DNA of 35,974 nucleotides from a virus. Lineage: Duplodnaviria > Caudoviricetes. The translations under genes and the position numbers were made by a program. The notes beneath the pieces were generated by a model, which saw nothing but the letters and a program-made list of their open reading frames with translations, was not told where the DNA came from and searched no databases. This document shows positions 8,277 to 17,599 of this stretch, one piece after another (within the stretch, counting starts at the first letter, position 1; each line of letters begins with the position of its first letter). The DNA is taken from IMG/VR virus record IMGVR_UViG_3300037761_000191, positions 1 to 35,974 of that record; one strand, given 5' to 3'.

Positions 8277-8564
8277 ATGACCCGCCACCTGGTCACCACC
8301 CGGGCCGCACCCCGCGCATGCAAGCGGTGCAAGGCATCCATACTCGTCGCAGTCTCCGAAGGCCTGCCCGCATACGTGGATACGACACCCATCGATGCCC
8401 TCCAAGAGATCCGGGCACTCGTCGAAGGCCGCTGGACCTACACCCTCACCACCGCCCGCGAACTCCTCCACCGCGACCGCCTACGCATCCAAACCACCCC
8501 CGACACCCGGACCACCATCCACCGGCAGCACCGCTGCCCGACCACAGGAGCTGATCATGAGTAG
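8277..8564 (+). CDS. Hypothetical phage protein (CxxC...HxC)
   Basis: ACKRCKASILVA..EGL...VD and terminal HRQHRC; good codon bias. Confidence 0.65.
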   Translation: MTRHLVTTRAAPRACKRCKASILVAVSEGLPAYVDTTPIDALQEIRALVEGRWTYTLTTARELLHRDRLRIQTTPDTRTTIHRQHRCPTTGADHE

Positions 8565-8736
8565 CATCATCGAGTTCGCGGCCACCTTCAACTGCCCATA
8601 CTGTGGGGCTGCACCCGGCCAGCCATGCATCTGGCGCTCGCAGCGCCCACGGATGCTTCGTGGCCCGTTCCACGCGTCTCGCCTATCGGCAGCAGTCCGG
8701 CAGCACGGCCTCTCCGACCACAGAAGCCGACCATGA
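8557..8736 (+). CDS. Small Zn-finger protein (CPYCGAAPGQPC...HASR)
   Basis: CPxCGAxPGxPC...HxxR motif; AGGAG SD. Confidence 0.7.
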   Translation: MSSIIEFAATFNCPYCGAAPGQPCIWRSQRPRMLRGPFHASRLSAAVRQHGLSDHRSRP

Positions 8737-8951
8737 CCAGCCCCGCAGAGATCGCCACCGAACTCGACCAGCGAGCCGAACAACACGCTCGTGACCACGC
8801 CCAGCGGCAAGCCCGAACCGCAGCCCTCCGCGCCGAACTCGCAGCAGCACGAACCGCCGGCAAAGCGGCCCGCCACGCACAACGACTCCGCCGCGAAGCA
8901 CAACAAGCCGAACATGACCAAGACGAGGGAGAAGATCATGACATTAGGTGA
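8733..8951 (+). CDS. Hypothetical helical protein
   Basis: ATGA overlap; Ala/Arg/Gln-rich coiled sequence. Confidence 0.55.
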   Translation: MTSPAEIATELDQRAEQHARDHAQRQARTAALRAELAAARTAGKAARHAQRLRREAQQAEHDQDEGEDHDIR

Positions 8952-9222
8952 AGACCACGGCCTCACCGCCGCAGACCTCATCGAAGCGCTCAGCAGCATG
9001 CCCGGCGACGCCCTGGTAGTGATTGAGGCCGAAGGCGCCACCGAACACCTGATGATCGTCACCAGCGCTGAGGACGGCCACACCTACGAAGAACTCGACC
9101 AGCAAGGCGACACCGTGGTCGTGCCCGACGGCCGCCGGTGCCTGGTCCTGTCCGCCGTCGAAGCGACCTACCTCGTAGAACACGAGCTGGGCGAGTTCGC
9201 TGCCGACCTGGCCGACCTGTGA
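8938..9222 (+). CDS. Hypothetical acidic protein
   Basis: LTAADLIEALSSMPGDALVVI, a common phage pattern; GGGAG SD. Confidence 0.6.
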   Translation: MTLGEDHGLTAADLIEALSSMPGDALVVIEAEGATEHLMIVTSAEDGHTYEELDQQGDTVVVPDGRRCLVLSAVEATYLVEHELGEFAADLADL

Positions 9223-9235
9223 CAGGACACAGCCC

Positions 9236-9550
9236 ATGGCCATCCGACCCTGCCCCACCTGCGGCCGCCTCAACCCCGGGCCCTGCCCCACACACGGTGC
9301 CCTGGCCACCGACCGGGCGCGCTCCCGACGCAGAGGCAGGCCCTACCCCGCCATCCACGACCGCATCCGCGCAGCCCTTGCCCCCGCGGTAGCCGCAGGT
9401 GGAGTCAACTGCTGGCGCTGCACCCAACCCATCCGTGCTGGCCAGGCATGGGACCTCGGACACGACGACCACGACCGCACCATCTACCGCGGCCCCGAAC
9501 ACGCACAATGCAACCGGGCCACCGCGACCAGGCGAAACACAGAACAATGA
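9236..9550 (+). CDS. HNH endonuclease (packaging-associated)
   Basis: CWRC...WDLGHDD...GPEHAQCNR, directly upstream of TerS. Confidence 0.85.
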   Translation: MAIRPCPTCGRLNPGPCPTHGALATDRARSRRRGRPYPAIHDRIRAALAPAVAAGGVNCWRCTQPIRAGQAWDLGHDDHDRTIYRGPEHAQCNRATATRRNTEQ

Positions 9551-9676
9551 CCACGATGTCCGTTTCTTCCGGATCGAGCGGTCCGTCCGGTATCCACGTC
9601 CCTCGAAGAAAGATTTGTGTACGTTTGTCCAGATATACCGTGTTGGTCTACCATGGACCTAAAGCGAGGTTGAGCC
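9551..9676. other. Candidate cos / packaging-initiation region
   Basis: AT-richer gap between HNH and TerS with the inverted repeat tttcttc (9563-9569)/gaagaaa (9605-9611). This position is typical of HK97-like cos phages. Confidence 0.5.
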
Positions 9677-10138
9677 ATGCCGCGTGACGCGAAACGACCC
9701 GAGAACCGGCAGCGCCGGAACCTTCCAGCAATTCTGGACGGAACCGGGGCGTCTCCGGCCGGTTCCGGTGCCATCCGGCGGCCTTCCGGCCTTTCTGCGG
9801 CGAACCGGAGGGCCTGGGACGGGCTGTGGGCCTCGCCGGTGGCGCAGCTGCTCGACCCGGTGTCGGATCTGCCGGCGGTGACCCGGTTGTTCCGGCTGTA
9901 CGAGTTGGGTGACGAGATGGACCGCCGGCTGGCCAACCCGCCTACCGGTGAGGGTGCGCCGTCGGTGGAGTCGATGGTGACCACCCGGGTGCGGGTCGCC
10001 GGTGAGTGCCGCATCCTCGAGGGCCAGCTGGGCCTGTCACCACGCTCCCGGCTGGCGCTGGGGCTGGCGCTGCTGGCGGGGAAGAAGGCCGGCGGCGCTT
10101 CGCTCGATCAGCTCGTTGACGAGGCCAACGATGAGTGA
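9677..10138 (+). CDS. terS: Terminase small subunit
   Basis: AWDGLWASP...RILEGQLGLSPRSRL motif; lies between HNH and TerL. Confidence 0.8.
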   Translation: MPRDAKRPENRQRRNLPAILDGTGASPAGSGAIRRPSGLSAANRRAWDGLWASPVAQLLDPVSDLPAVTRLFRLYELGDEMDRRLANPPTGEGAPSVESMVTTRVRVAGECRILEGQLGLSPRSRLALGLALLAGKKAGGASLDQLVDEANDE

Positions 10139-10301
10139 CGTACGGCGGGTACTGACCGAGCTGGCCGACCAGTTCCAGCAGCAGGCCGACCGGTGCCAGG
10201 CAGCGGTCGGCGCGGTCGACTGCGCGCTGGAGGCGGCGGTGGTCTGGGAGGCGGCGGCGAAGCGAGTCCGGAAGAAGCTGGCGGAGGCCAACAATGGCTG
10301 A
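10131..10301 (+). CDS. Small hypothetical protein between TerS and TerL (56 aa)
   Basis: ATG 10131 with GAGG SD; overlaps both neighbours. Confidence 0.55.
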   Translation: MSDVRRVLTELADQFQQQADRCQAAVGAVDCALEAAVVWEAAAKRVRKKLAEANNG

Positions 10302-11934
10302 GTTCGGGCCGACCCCGCGGCCGGCGTACTACGACCGGCCGGATATGGCGTGGGTGCTGGAGCTGGACCCGCGGTTCCTGCAGGCGCTGACCGCGCCGCG
10401 GGGCGACTACCAGCCGGGGCCGGTTCCACCGCCGGAGCAGACGCTGGGCCCGCAGTGGGTTCGGTGGATCCAGGCAAACGTCCGGCTCGGGGAGGGTGAC
10501 CGGTACGGCCAGGCGCCGCAGGTGGTGCCGTTCCAGCGGGCGCTGATCTGGAAGTTGGCCGAGCTGAACGCGGACTTGTCGCGCCGGTTCCGGTTCGTGC
10601 TGCTGTCGTTCGGGAAGGGCTCGGGCAAGTCACCACTGGGCGGTTGGGTGGGGTCGGTGGACCTGGCCGGGCCGGCGGTGTGCTGCCGCGGCTGCCAGAA
10701 GTGTGACGCCGGCCGGTTGCCGTCCGGGCTGCCGCACGCGGTACGCCGGACCTCGCCGGACGTGCTGAACATGGCCAGCTCGTACGAGCAGGCGGACCTG
10801 GTGCTGGACGAGATCCGGGTGACGTTCTCCGAGGGTCCGCTGGCCGAGTATGCGACGGCGATGAAGGGGCTTGTGGAGCTGAAGGGCGCCCGCGGGTCCG
10901 CCCGCCGCCGGCCGGCCACCGTCAAGCAGGTCGACGGCAGCAAGGCGACCACGCTGCTGGTCGACGAGGTTCACGAGCTGACCAGCGAACGGCAGGAGAA
11001 CGCCTACGACGTCGCCGCCGGTGGCACGGCGAAGCGGGCCGACAGCCTGGTGCTGATGATGTCGACGGCCGGGTTCGACCTGGCGACCCTGTTCGGCCGC
11101 CAGGTGGCGCGCGGGTTGCGTGGCGAGTTCGGTGACGACGAGATGTTCGTCTACGTGCACGCGGATGAGGCGTTGGCGAAGACACCGCAGATGACCGACG
11201 AGCAGATTGCGCTCGGGATCAGGCAGGCCAATCCGCTGGCGGCGGCCGGGCTGTCGTCGGTGTCCAGGTTGGTGGCGCAGTTCCGGGCGATGCCGCTGTT
11301 CCGGGCGCTGCGGTACTTCCACAACCTGTGGACGCCTACCGGTGAGTCGTGGCTGCCGACCGGTGCGTGGGACGCGTGCAAGGGTGGGCTGGTCGTCGAC
11401 CCGTCGCTGCCGACGTGGGTGGGTGTGGACATGGCGTTGACCCGCGACTCTGCGGCGATCATCACGGTGCAGAAGCGGGCGGATGGGAAGCTGCAGGCGG
11501 CGGCGAAGGTCTGGTATCCGGACGGTGGGCTGATCGACCAGGCCGAGGCGGACGACTACCTGCGGGCGACGTGCGCCACCCACAACGTGGCCTGGGTGGC
11601 CGCGGATGAGGCGTGGTGGCCCACGCTGGGCGAGCTCGAGCGGGAGGGGTTGCCGATCTTCCGCATGCCGCAGCAGGGCCGGAACATGATCGTGGCTTAC
11701 ACGTTGACGTACCGGGCGATTGTCGAGCAGCTGCTGGTGCACGACGGGTCGCCGGATTTCGCCGACCAGATCGCCTCGGCGGTGCCGAACAGCACGGACC
11801 GCGGGTGGACGTTGCGTAAGGGGAAGCACAAGAAGCGGATCGACTGTGCTCCGGCACTGGCCGGGGCGATGTTCGCCTCGACCCAGCCGACACCGGAGAA
11901 GGACAAGCCGCTGCCCCGTCCCATGGTTGTTTGA
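10294..11934 (+). CDS. terL: Terminase large subunit
   Basis: Walker A GKGSGKS, Walker B LLVDEVHE, STAG coupling motif, nuclease GVDMA...D and RID. Confidence 0.93.
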   Translation: MAEFGPTPRPAYYDRPDMAWVLELDPRFLQALTAPRGDYQPGPVPPPEQTLGPQWVRWIQANVRLGEGDRYGQAPQVVPFQRALIWKLAELNADLSRRFRFVLLSFGKGSGKSPLGGWVGSVDLAGPAVCCRGCQKCDAGRLPSGLPHAVRRTSPDVLNMASSYEQADLVLDEIRVTFSEGPLAEYATAMKGLVELKGARGSARRRPATVKQVDGSKATTLLVDEVHELTSERQENAYDVAAGGTAKRADSLVLMMSTAGFDLATLFGRQVARGLRGEFGDDEMFVYVHADEALAKTPQMTDEQIALGIRQANPLAAAGLSSVSRLVAQFRAMPLFRALRYFHNLWTPTGESWLPTGAWDACKGGLVVDPSLPTWVGVDMALTRDSAAIITVQKRADGKLQAAAKVWYPDGGLIDQAEADDYLRATCATHNVAWVAADEAWWPTLGELEREGLPIFRMPQQGRNMIVAYTLTYRAIVEQLLVHDGSPDFADQIASAVPNSTDRGWTLRKGKHKKRIDCAPALAGAMFASTQPTPEKDKPLPRPMVV

Positions 11935-11943
11935 GGTGAGAGG

Positions 11944-13155
11944 ATGGTAACCATGAGGACTCGGGCTGTGTTGAGGTGGCTTTCCGGGTTGTCGATGGGA
12001 CCGCCGCCGCGGATGCAGACCCGGGCGATCACAGAGTTCGCCATCATCGACGGGCAGCAGGTCTTCGGTAACGGTGGCGGTCCGAACACCTACCGGGGCG
12101 GTATGGCGATTCCCGGGGCGTGGCGGTCGGCGCTGCTGCTCTCGGATCTGCTGGGTAGCGTGCCGTGGCACGGGTTCCGGCAGCGGGCTGGCCGGCCGGT
12201 GGAGATGTTGACACCAACGCCGCCGCTGTTGGAGCAGCCGTCGCCTCCGGATTCCCGGATGACCACCTTTTCGAGTTGGGCGCTGGACCTGATCTGGGAG
12301 GGGAACGCGGTCGCGGTGATCGTGGCACTGTCGGCAGGGTGGCCGACGGCAGTGTTGCCGGTTCCGGCCCGGATGGTGGGGGTGCGGCGGGTTGGCCGTG
12401 AGTCGCTGTCTCAGCTGCCGGTCGGGTCGATCGAGTACCAGATCGGCACGCGCACGTTCGGCCCGAACGAGGTGATCCACTTTAAGGGGCCGTGCGAGCC
12501 GGGGGCGGTGCGCGGGCTGGGCGTGTTGGAGGCGCATCTGAGCGAGACGTTGGCGTTGGTGCAGGAGCAGCAGCGTCAGGCCCGGTCGGTGTCGCAGCAC
12601 GGTGTGCCGACCGGTGTTCTGAAGGTGTCCAATCCGGATGCGACCGAGCAGGATCTGAAGGACGCGAAGGCGGGGTGGATGGCGACGCAGGCCACCCGGA
12701 CAATCGCTGCGTTGAACTCGACCACCGACTTTCAGCCGCTGTCGTGGAACCCGGAGGAGCTGCAGCTGGTAGAGGCCCGCCGGTACAGCCTCACAGATCT
12801 GGAACTGATCTTCGGCCTTCCGGTGGGTTGGCTGGGCGGCATGAACAGCGCCAGGCAGTATTCAAACATTGAAATGGACGCGGTGAACCTGTTGAAGTTC
12901 ACCATGGCCGGGCATCTGGCCCGGTTCGAGCAGACGCTCAGCTTGGCGTTCCCGCGGGGGACGACGGTGAAGGCGAACCTGGATTCGGTGTTGCGGGCGG
13001 ACACGCTGACCCGCTACCAGGCGCACCAGATCGGCCTGTCCGGCGGGTTCTTGACCACGGACGAGGTTCGGGAGTTGGAGAACCGGCCGCCGATGCCGGA
13101 CAAGCCGTTGGAGCCGGACCCGTTCGCCGGCGAACTGGAGGAGGCAGCAGCATGA
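11944..13155 (+). CDS. HK97-family portal protein
   Basis: DLIWEGNA, EVIHFK, GVPTGVL, QLVEARR...IFGLP...YSNIE, TDEVRELENRPP. Confidence 0.93.
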   Translation: MVTMRTRAVLRWLSGLSMGPPPRMQTRAITEFAIIDGQQVFGNGGGPNTYRGGMAIPGAWRSALLLSDLLGSVPWHGFRQRAGRPVEMLTPTPPLLEQPSPPDSRMTTFSSWALDLIWEGNAVAVIVALSAGWPTAVLPVPARMVGVRRVGRESLSQLPVGSIEYQIGTRTFGPNEVIHFKGPCEPGAVRGLGVLEAHLSETLALVQEQQRQARSVSQHGVPTGVLKVSNPDATEQDLKDAKAGWMATQATRTIAALNSTTDFQPLSWNPEELQLVEARRYSLTDLELIFGLPVGWLGGMNSARQYSNIEMDAVNLLKFTMAGHLARFEQTLSLAFPRGTTVKANLDSVLRADTLTRYQAHQIGLSGGFLTTDEVRELENRPPMPDKPLEPDPFAGELEEAAA

Positions 13156-13481
13156 CCGACGCCAACATGGACCGGGTGACCTGCCCGGACTGCGGCAAGC
13201 CGGACATCCTCGTCAACCGCGACGGGTCACTGCGAAAGCATCCGTGTGTGACACCCGAGGTGGTCACCGACACGACCACCACACCGGTCGACGACGGCAG
13301 CCAGGTGCGCGCCGAACTGGCGAGCAAGCCGGACGTGTTCACGCAGGAGCCAGCCGCCCCGCCGCGGATGGTGAAGGACCCGAGGCTGTGCCGGCTGCCC
13401 GGCTGTGACCGGCCGAAGGTCATCGGCGAGCTGTGCGGGGCGCACTGGGCCACCCGCCGTGACTATGCAAGGAGAACGTGA
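13152..13481 (+). CDS. Hypothetical protein with two Cys/His clusters
   Basis: CPDCG...HPC and CRLPGC...CGAH; GGAGG SD; coupled to portal and protease. Confidence 0.6.
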   Translation: MTDANMDRVTCPDCGKPDILVNRDGSLRKHPCVTPEVVTDTTTTPVDDGSQVRAELASKPDVFTQEPAAPPRMVKDPRLCRLPGCDRPKVIGELCGAHWATRRDYARRT

Positions 13482-14083
13482 TGGGTGGCGACCTGCAGTA
13501 CCGCAGCTTCACCCCGGATCTTGAGGTCCGGTCGAAGGGCGACGGCCGTACGATCGTCGGGATCGCGGTGCCGTACAACCGGCCGGAGTGGATCGGCCCG
13601 TCGCTGCGGGAGCAGTTCGCCCGCGGCGTGTTCAACGAGCAGCTCGGCCCGGTGCTGCCCGGAGGGGTTCTCCGCGGCGCCAACAAGGTGGTTTTCGCCC
13701 GTGACCACATGATCCGCGGCGGGTCGCTGATCGGCCGGGCCAGCCTTCTGAAGGACGACGCGACCGGACTGTACGGCGAGTTCCGGGTCAGCCGCACCGA
13801 GGCCGGTGACGAGACCATCGAGCTGGTGAAAGACGGTGCGCTGACGAACCTGTCGATCGGGTTCCGGGAGGCGACGAACCGGCGGCTGCCGGGGGGCATC
13901 ACTGAGCGGGTCACCGGGGCTTTGAAAGAGGTGGCCCTGGTCTTGGAAGGTGCGTACGGCGATGCGGCGCTGGTGCACGCGGTCCGCGGCGCCGGGCTGC
14001 CCTATCCGGGCCCGCCGGCTCTTGCCGGGCGGCCGCGCTCGGATGAGGCCCGCGCGTTCCTGCGTGCGCTGAATCTGCCCTGA
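13478..14083 (+). CDS. HK97-family prohead protease
   Basis: GIAVPYN...REQFARGVF, H..., GLYGEF, LSIGF, EVALV...GAY. Confidence 0.9.
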   Translation: MMGGDLQYRSFTPDLEVRSKGDGRTIVGIAVPYNRPEWIGPSLREQFARGVFNEQLGPVLPGGVLRGANKVVFARDHMIRGGSLIGRASLLKDDATGLYGEFRVSRTEAGDETIELVKDGALTNLSIGFREATNRRLPGGITERVTGALKEVALVLEGAYGDAALVHAVRGAGLPYPGPPALAGRPRSDEARAFLRALNLP

Positions 14084-14085
14084 GA

Positions 14086-14232
14086 TATGCTGGCAGGCAA
14101 GTACGACACCGGCCACCCCGTTCGGATCGGCGCGGCAGCCCCCACGAGAGTGGGCCACCCCGACGTCGAAGGGTAACGGCCACCCCGGTCAGTCGCAGGC
14201 GAATCCTGTTCTGACCGAGGAGATGGCCCCCA
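14086..14232 (+). promoter_or_regulatory. Putative -10 (TATGCT) and structured capsid leader with three GGCCACCCCG boxes
   Basis: Exact decamer at 14111, 14153 and 14178. Stem cggtcag/ctgaccg abuts the GAGGAG SD. Confidence 0.55.
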
Positions 14233-15582
14233 ATGGGCAACGCATACCTGGACAACCTGAACGACCGCTACGCCCAGTTGAAGGCGAGCATCGACGGCCT
14301 GCAGACGCGGGCCGTGGACGAGCAGCGGGACCTGAGCGAGGACGAGCTTCGCTCGATCAAGGAAATGGGCGACCAGGGGAAGCTGCTGGCCACCCAGATC
14401 GAGGACCTGACCGACATCGAGACCCGGCAGGCAAAGGTGGCGCAGATGGCTGCCGAGCTGCTCACCACGACCGGGGAGGGCAAGGCCGGCCAGGGCGGCG
14501 GCGCCGGTGACCCGCAGACCCGCGGTACGGTCCAGCTGGGTGGGGCGACCACCAGGGACCGGGACCCGGGGCACTACACCCGCGGTTCGGCCAACTCGTT
14601 CTTCGGCGACCTGTACCGGTCGCGGGTGTTCTCCGACGAGCTGTCCGCCCGGCGGCTGATCGAACACACCCGGGCGTTGGACACAACCGGTGAAGGTGTC
14701 GGGGTGGTCCCCCCGAAGTGGCTGACGGAGGAGTTCGAGACACTGGCCCGGCAGGGTCGGATGCTCGCATCGGGGGTCCGGAACATCCCGTTGGGGGATG
14801 ACCCGAGGCCGATGACTCTGCCGAAGCAGACCACCGGCACTGATGCGGTGCTCGCCGAGCAGACCAACGAGAACGACCCGGTGCCCGGCACCGACGCGTG
14901 GGACTCCGACGTCGACGTGGTGAGCCCGAAGCCGACCACGGGGAAGCAGATCGTGTCCCGGCAGATGCTGGACATGAGCTCTCCGGCGATCGACCAGCTG
15001 ATCTACGGGGACCTGATCGCGGTCTACAACGACAAGGTGGAGACGAAGGTCTGCTCTACCCTGCTCACCGCGGCCGGTGCAGCGGAGGTGACTTTCGCCC
15101 TCGACGCGACGAACTTCGTCCAGCCCGGGGCCACTGACTCGGTGGTGGACCTGGCAATCGCGGTCAGGGGCGCGCGGAAGCTGCCGGCCACGCTGCTGGC
15201 CATGCGGACCCGCCGGTGGGGCAAGTTCAAGAAGCTGAAGGACACCACCGGGCGTCCGATCATCCCGTCTGGTTCGGCTGGCCCGGTCAACGTGGTCGGT
15301 GTCGGTTCGGTGCAGGCTGACGGGATCATCGAGGACCTGCCGGTCATCGTCACCGACGGCCTCGGCACCTCGGCGTACCCGGAGTCGTTCATCGCGCTGC
15401 GGGCATCCGACACGATCCTGTTCGAATCGAACCTGCTGCGGTTCCGGTTCGAGGAGCAGGCCGGGCCGGAGTCGATCGTGCTGGGGATCTGGGGCTACAC
15501 GGCGGTGATCGTCCGGCAGACCCCTGGTGCGGTCGGCACGCAGTCCAAGTCGGTCCGCCGCGCCCAGATCACCGCGGCGTGA
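14233..15582 (+). CDS. HK97-fold major capsid protein with N-terminal scaffold (delta) domain
   Basis: Coiled-coil N terminus, then GVVPPKWL...TLPKQT...VSRQMLDMSSP; follows the protease. Confidence 0.92.
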   Translation: MGNAYLDNLNDRYAQLKASIDGLQTRAVDEQRDLSEDELRSIKEMGDQGKLLATQIEDLTDIETRQAKVAQMAAELLTTTGEGKAGQGGGAGDPQTRGTVQLGGATTRDRDPGHYTRGSANSFFGDLYRSRVFSDELSARRLIEHTRALDTTGEGVGVVPPKWLTEEFETLARQGRMLASGVRNIPLGDDPRPMTLPKQTTGTDAVLAEQTNENDPVPGTDAWDSDVDVVSPKPTTGKQIVSRQMLDMSSPAIDQLIYGDLIAVYNDKVETKVCSTLLTAAGAAEVTFALDATNFVQPGATDSVVDLAIAVRGARKLPATLLAMRTRRWGKFKKLKDTTGRPIIPSGSAGPVNVVGVGSVQADGIIEDLPVIVTDGLGTSAYPESFIALRASDTILFESNLLRFRFEEQAGPESIVLGIWGYTAVIVRQTPGAVGTQSKSVRRAQITAA

Positions 15583-15593
15583 GGTAGCTGACC

Positions 15594-15956
15594 ATGTGGC
15601 CCCCGGACCTGGACGCGTTCAAGCTGGAGCTGCGCTCCCGCGGTGAGGACCCGCTGGCACTGGACGTCGACGACGACCAGCTCGCCAGCGCCCTCGCCGC
15701 GGCGATCAGCTTCGTTGAGCGCGTCCGGGTCGGGGCGTACAACTTTGCCGGCGACCTCGACAGCACGCTGCCAGACCCGAGTGCCGACCTGGTGCTGGGC
15801 ACGCTGCGGCTTGCGAGCCGGTGGCACACCCGGCGCCGGTCCCCGGAAGCGTTGATCGAGCTGGGCGAGCTGGGCGCTTCCAGGGTGCCCAGCTTCGACC
15901 CTGACATTGACCGGCTGCTCGGGATCGGGCGCTACCGGGGGGCGGTGTTCGCGTAG
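15594..15956 (+). CDS. Head-tail connector (adaptor) protein
   Basis: DDDQLASALAAAISFV...GTLRLASRW..RRRSP...FDPDIDRLL; follows the capsid gene. Confidence 0.75.
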   Translation: MWPPDLDAFKLELRSRGEDPLALDVDDDQLASALAAAISFVERVRVGAYNFAGDLDSTLPDPSADLVLGTLRLASRWHTRRRSPEALIELGELGASRVPSFDPDIDRLLGIGRYRGAVFA

Positions 15957-16316
15957 ATGGCCGGTGAGGTGAAGGCAGCAGCGGAGGCGCTGGAGACGGC
16001 GCTGCGCACGGTCGAGGGGCTGCGTGTGTTCAGGGACCCGGGGGGTGCCGTCGACCCGCCGGCGGCGATCCTGGGCGCCCCGGCGTTGACGTGGGAGACC
16101 ACCTGCCTCGAGCCGACCGGGGCCCAGTTCATGATCCACGTGGTGGTGGTGGCCAACGAGCGGGCGCTGGAGCAGCTATGGGACCTGGTGCCGGTCGTGA
16201 CGACCGCCCTTGACGGGGTGGTCGACGCGTCGGTGATCCGGGCCGATCCGGGCACCTACCCGACCGGCGGCAAAGAGCTACCCGCGTACTTGATCCAAGT
16301 CGACGTGTCCCTGTAG
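15957..16316 (+). CDS. Tail terminator-like protein
   Basis: GLRV...VDPPAAI...LPAYLIQV pattern and position before the major tail gene. Confidence 0.6.
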   Translation: MAGEVKAAAEALETALRTVEGLRVFRDPGGAVDPPAAILGAPALTWETTCLEPTGAQFMIHVVVVANERALEQLWDLVPVVTTALDGVVDASVIRADPGTYPTGGKELPAYLIQVDVSL

Positions 16317-16325
16317 GAGGATACT

Positions 16326-16748
16326 ATGGCCATCCATAACAGACGCTTGAAGACAATTCAGTTCAGCCTGGATGCGCTCAGCTTCGAATGCTCGCTGAAG
16401 TCATGGAACCTGGACCCGGGGATCTCCGACGGGGACCGGATGTACTCGTTTTGTCCCACCGGGGCGGACGTGGAGGAAACCGATCCGGAGCCGACGCTGG
16501 AGCTGGAATTCTTCTCCGACTGGCGCTCTGACGGCATCTCCGACTTCTTGTGGGCGAACTCCGGCGCGGACGCCGCGTTCGTGCTGGACCACCACCCGGA
16601 CATTGCTGCTGAGCATGTGCAGTGGACCGGCACCGTCAGGCTGAAGGCCCCTCCGGTCGGCGGCGAGTCCCGCGCCACGGAGATGACATCAATCACCCTG
16701 CAGGTCATCGGCGACGTGACCGAGGGTTACACGAGGGTGGGTGCGTAG
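16326..16748 (+). CDS. Major tail tube protein
   Basis: LEFFSDW..DGISDFLWANSG...WTGTV...PPVGG; AGGAGG SD. Confidence 0.7.
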   Translation: MAIHNRRLKTIQFSLDALSFECSLKSWNLDPGISDGDRMYSFCPTGADVEETDPEPTLELEFFSDWRSDGISDFLWANSGADAAFVLDHHPDIAAEHVQWTGTVRLKAPPVGGESRATEMTSITLQVIGDVTEGYTRVGA

Positions 16749-16751
16749 GCG

Positions 16752-17111
16752 ATGGCACGTGTGAATGTGACAACCCAGTTGGTGACCCGTGCCGGGCTGA
16801 CCCCGGTGCTGACTGAGCCGACCGCCGACGGGGATGTGATCGACACCGGCCGGGTCGCCCTGTACGTGGTGAACGGCTCCGGGGCGCCGATCAACGTGAC
16901 GGTCACCTCGACTGCCTCGCAGGACGGGTTGGCGGTGGAGGACCTGGTGGTGGCGGTGGCAGCTGCGGTGACCAAGCTGATCGGCCCGTTGCCGCCGCGG
17001 ACGTTCGCCCAGCCGGCGGGGGCGGTCGAGTCTGGTGGCGACGACGCCGGCCGGGTGTACGTCGACTATTCGGCGCAGACCGACGTTGACCGGGCGGTGG
17101 TGACGCTCTGA
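16752..17111 (+). CDS. Small beta-rich virion protein
   Basis: Val/Thr-rich (VVNGSGAPINVTV...KLIGPLP) and located in the tail operon. Confidence 0.6.
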   Translation: MARVNVTTQLVTRAGLTPVLTEPTADGDVIDTGRVALYVVNGSGAPINVTVTSTASQDGLAVEDLVVAVAAAVTKLIGPLPPRTFAQPAGAVESGGDDAGRVYVDYSAQTDVDRAVVTL

Positions 17112-17503
17112 TGGCCACGATGCGGATCCCGTTCGAGATCACCCCCGATGACGGGGACCCGTACAAGATCGTGGCGGACACCCGTGACATCTACAGCTGG
17201 GAGAAGACCACCTCGAACAAGCAGGTGACCTTGCAGCAGGCGATGGAGGAGCTGCGGCTGGTCGAGCTGTACCGGATCGCGTGGATCGCGGCCCGCCGCC
17301 AGGGCATGTACGCCGGCACGTTGGAGCAGTTCGCGGCCAACCACCAGGTGGAGCCCAGCGAGGAAGACGAAGACGAGGACGGGGGGGAGGAGGGGGCGGT
17401 CCCTACCCGGCCGGGAGCCTCGCCCGGACCCTCATCGCCCTCGCAGTCGTCACCGGCATCCCGCCCGCGGCCTGGGCGGAAGAAGGCGACCGCGCCATCG
17501 TGA
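17111..17503 (+). CDS. Tail assembly chaperone (G)
   Basis: RDIYSWEK...LYRIAW then an acidic stretch; an overlapping -1 frame ORF follows. Confidence 0.7.
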   Translation: MATMRIPFEITPDDGDPYKIVADTRDIYSWEKTTSNKQVTLQQAMEELRLVELYRIAWIAARRQGMYAGTLEQFAANHQVEPSEEDEDEDGGEEGAVPTRPGASPGPSSPSQSSPASRPRPGRKKATAPS

Positions 17504-17589
17504 CCGCTTGGCATGTGATCGACCAGTTGCACGGGGACCGGCAGAAGGGGGCCGGCGGGAAGTTCAGCGGAAAGCGGATGTCTGGATAG
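17398..17589 (+). CDS. -1 frameshift extension of tail assembly chaperone (GT)
   Basis: -1 frame reads GPYPAGSLARTLIALAVVTGIPPAAWAEE... with no start or SD of its own. Candidate slip sites are the G7 run at 17381-17387 or G GTC CCT at 17398-17404. Confidence 0.6.
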   Translation, partial: GPYPAGSLARTLIALAVVTGIPPAAWAEEGDRAIVTAWHVIDQLHGDRQKGAGGKFSGKRMSG

Positions 17590-17599
17590 GAGGTGCACG

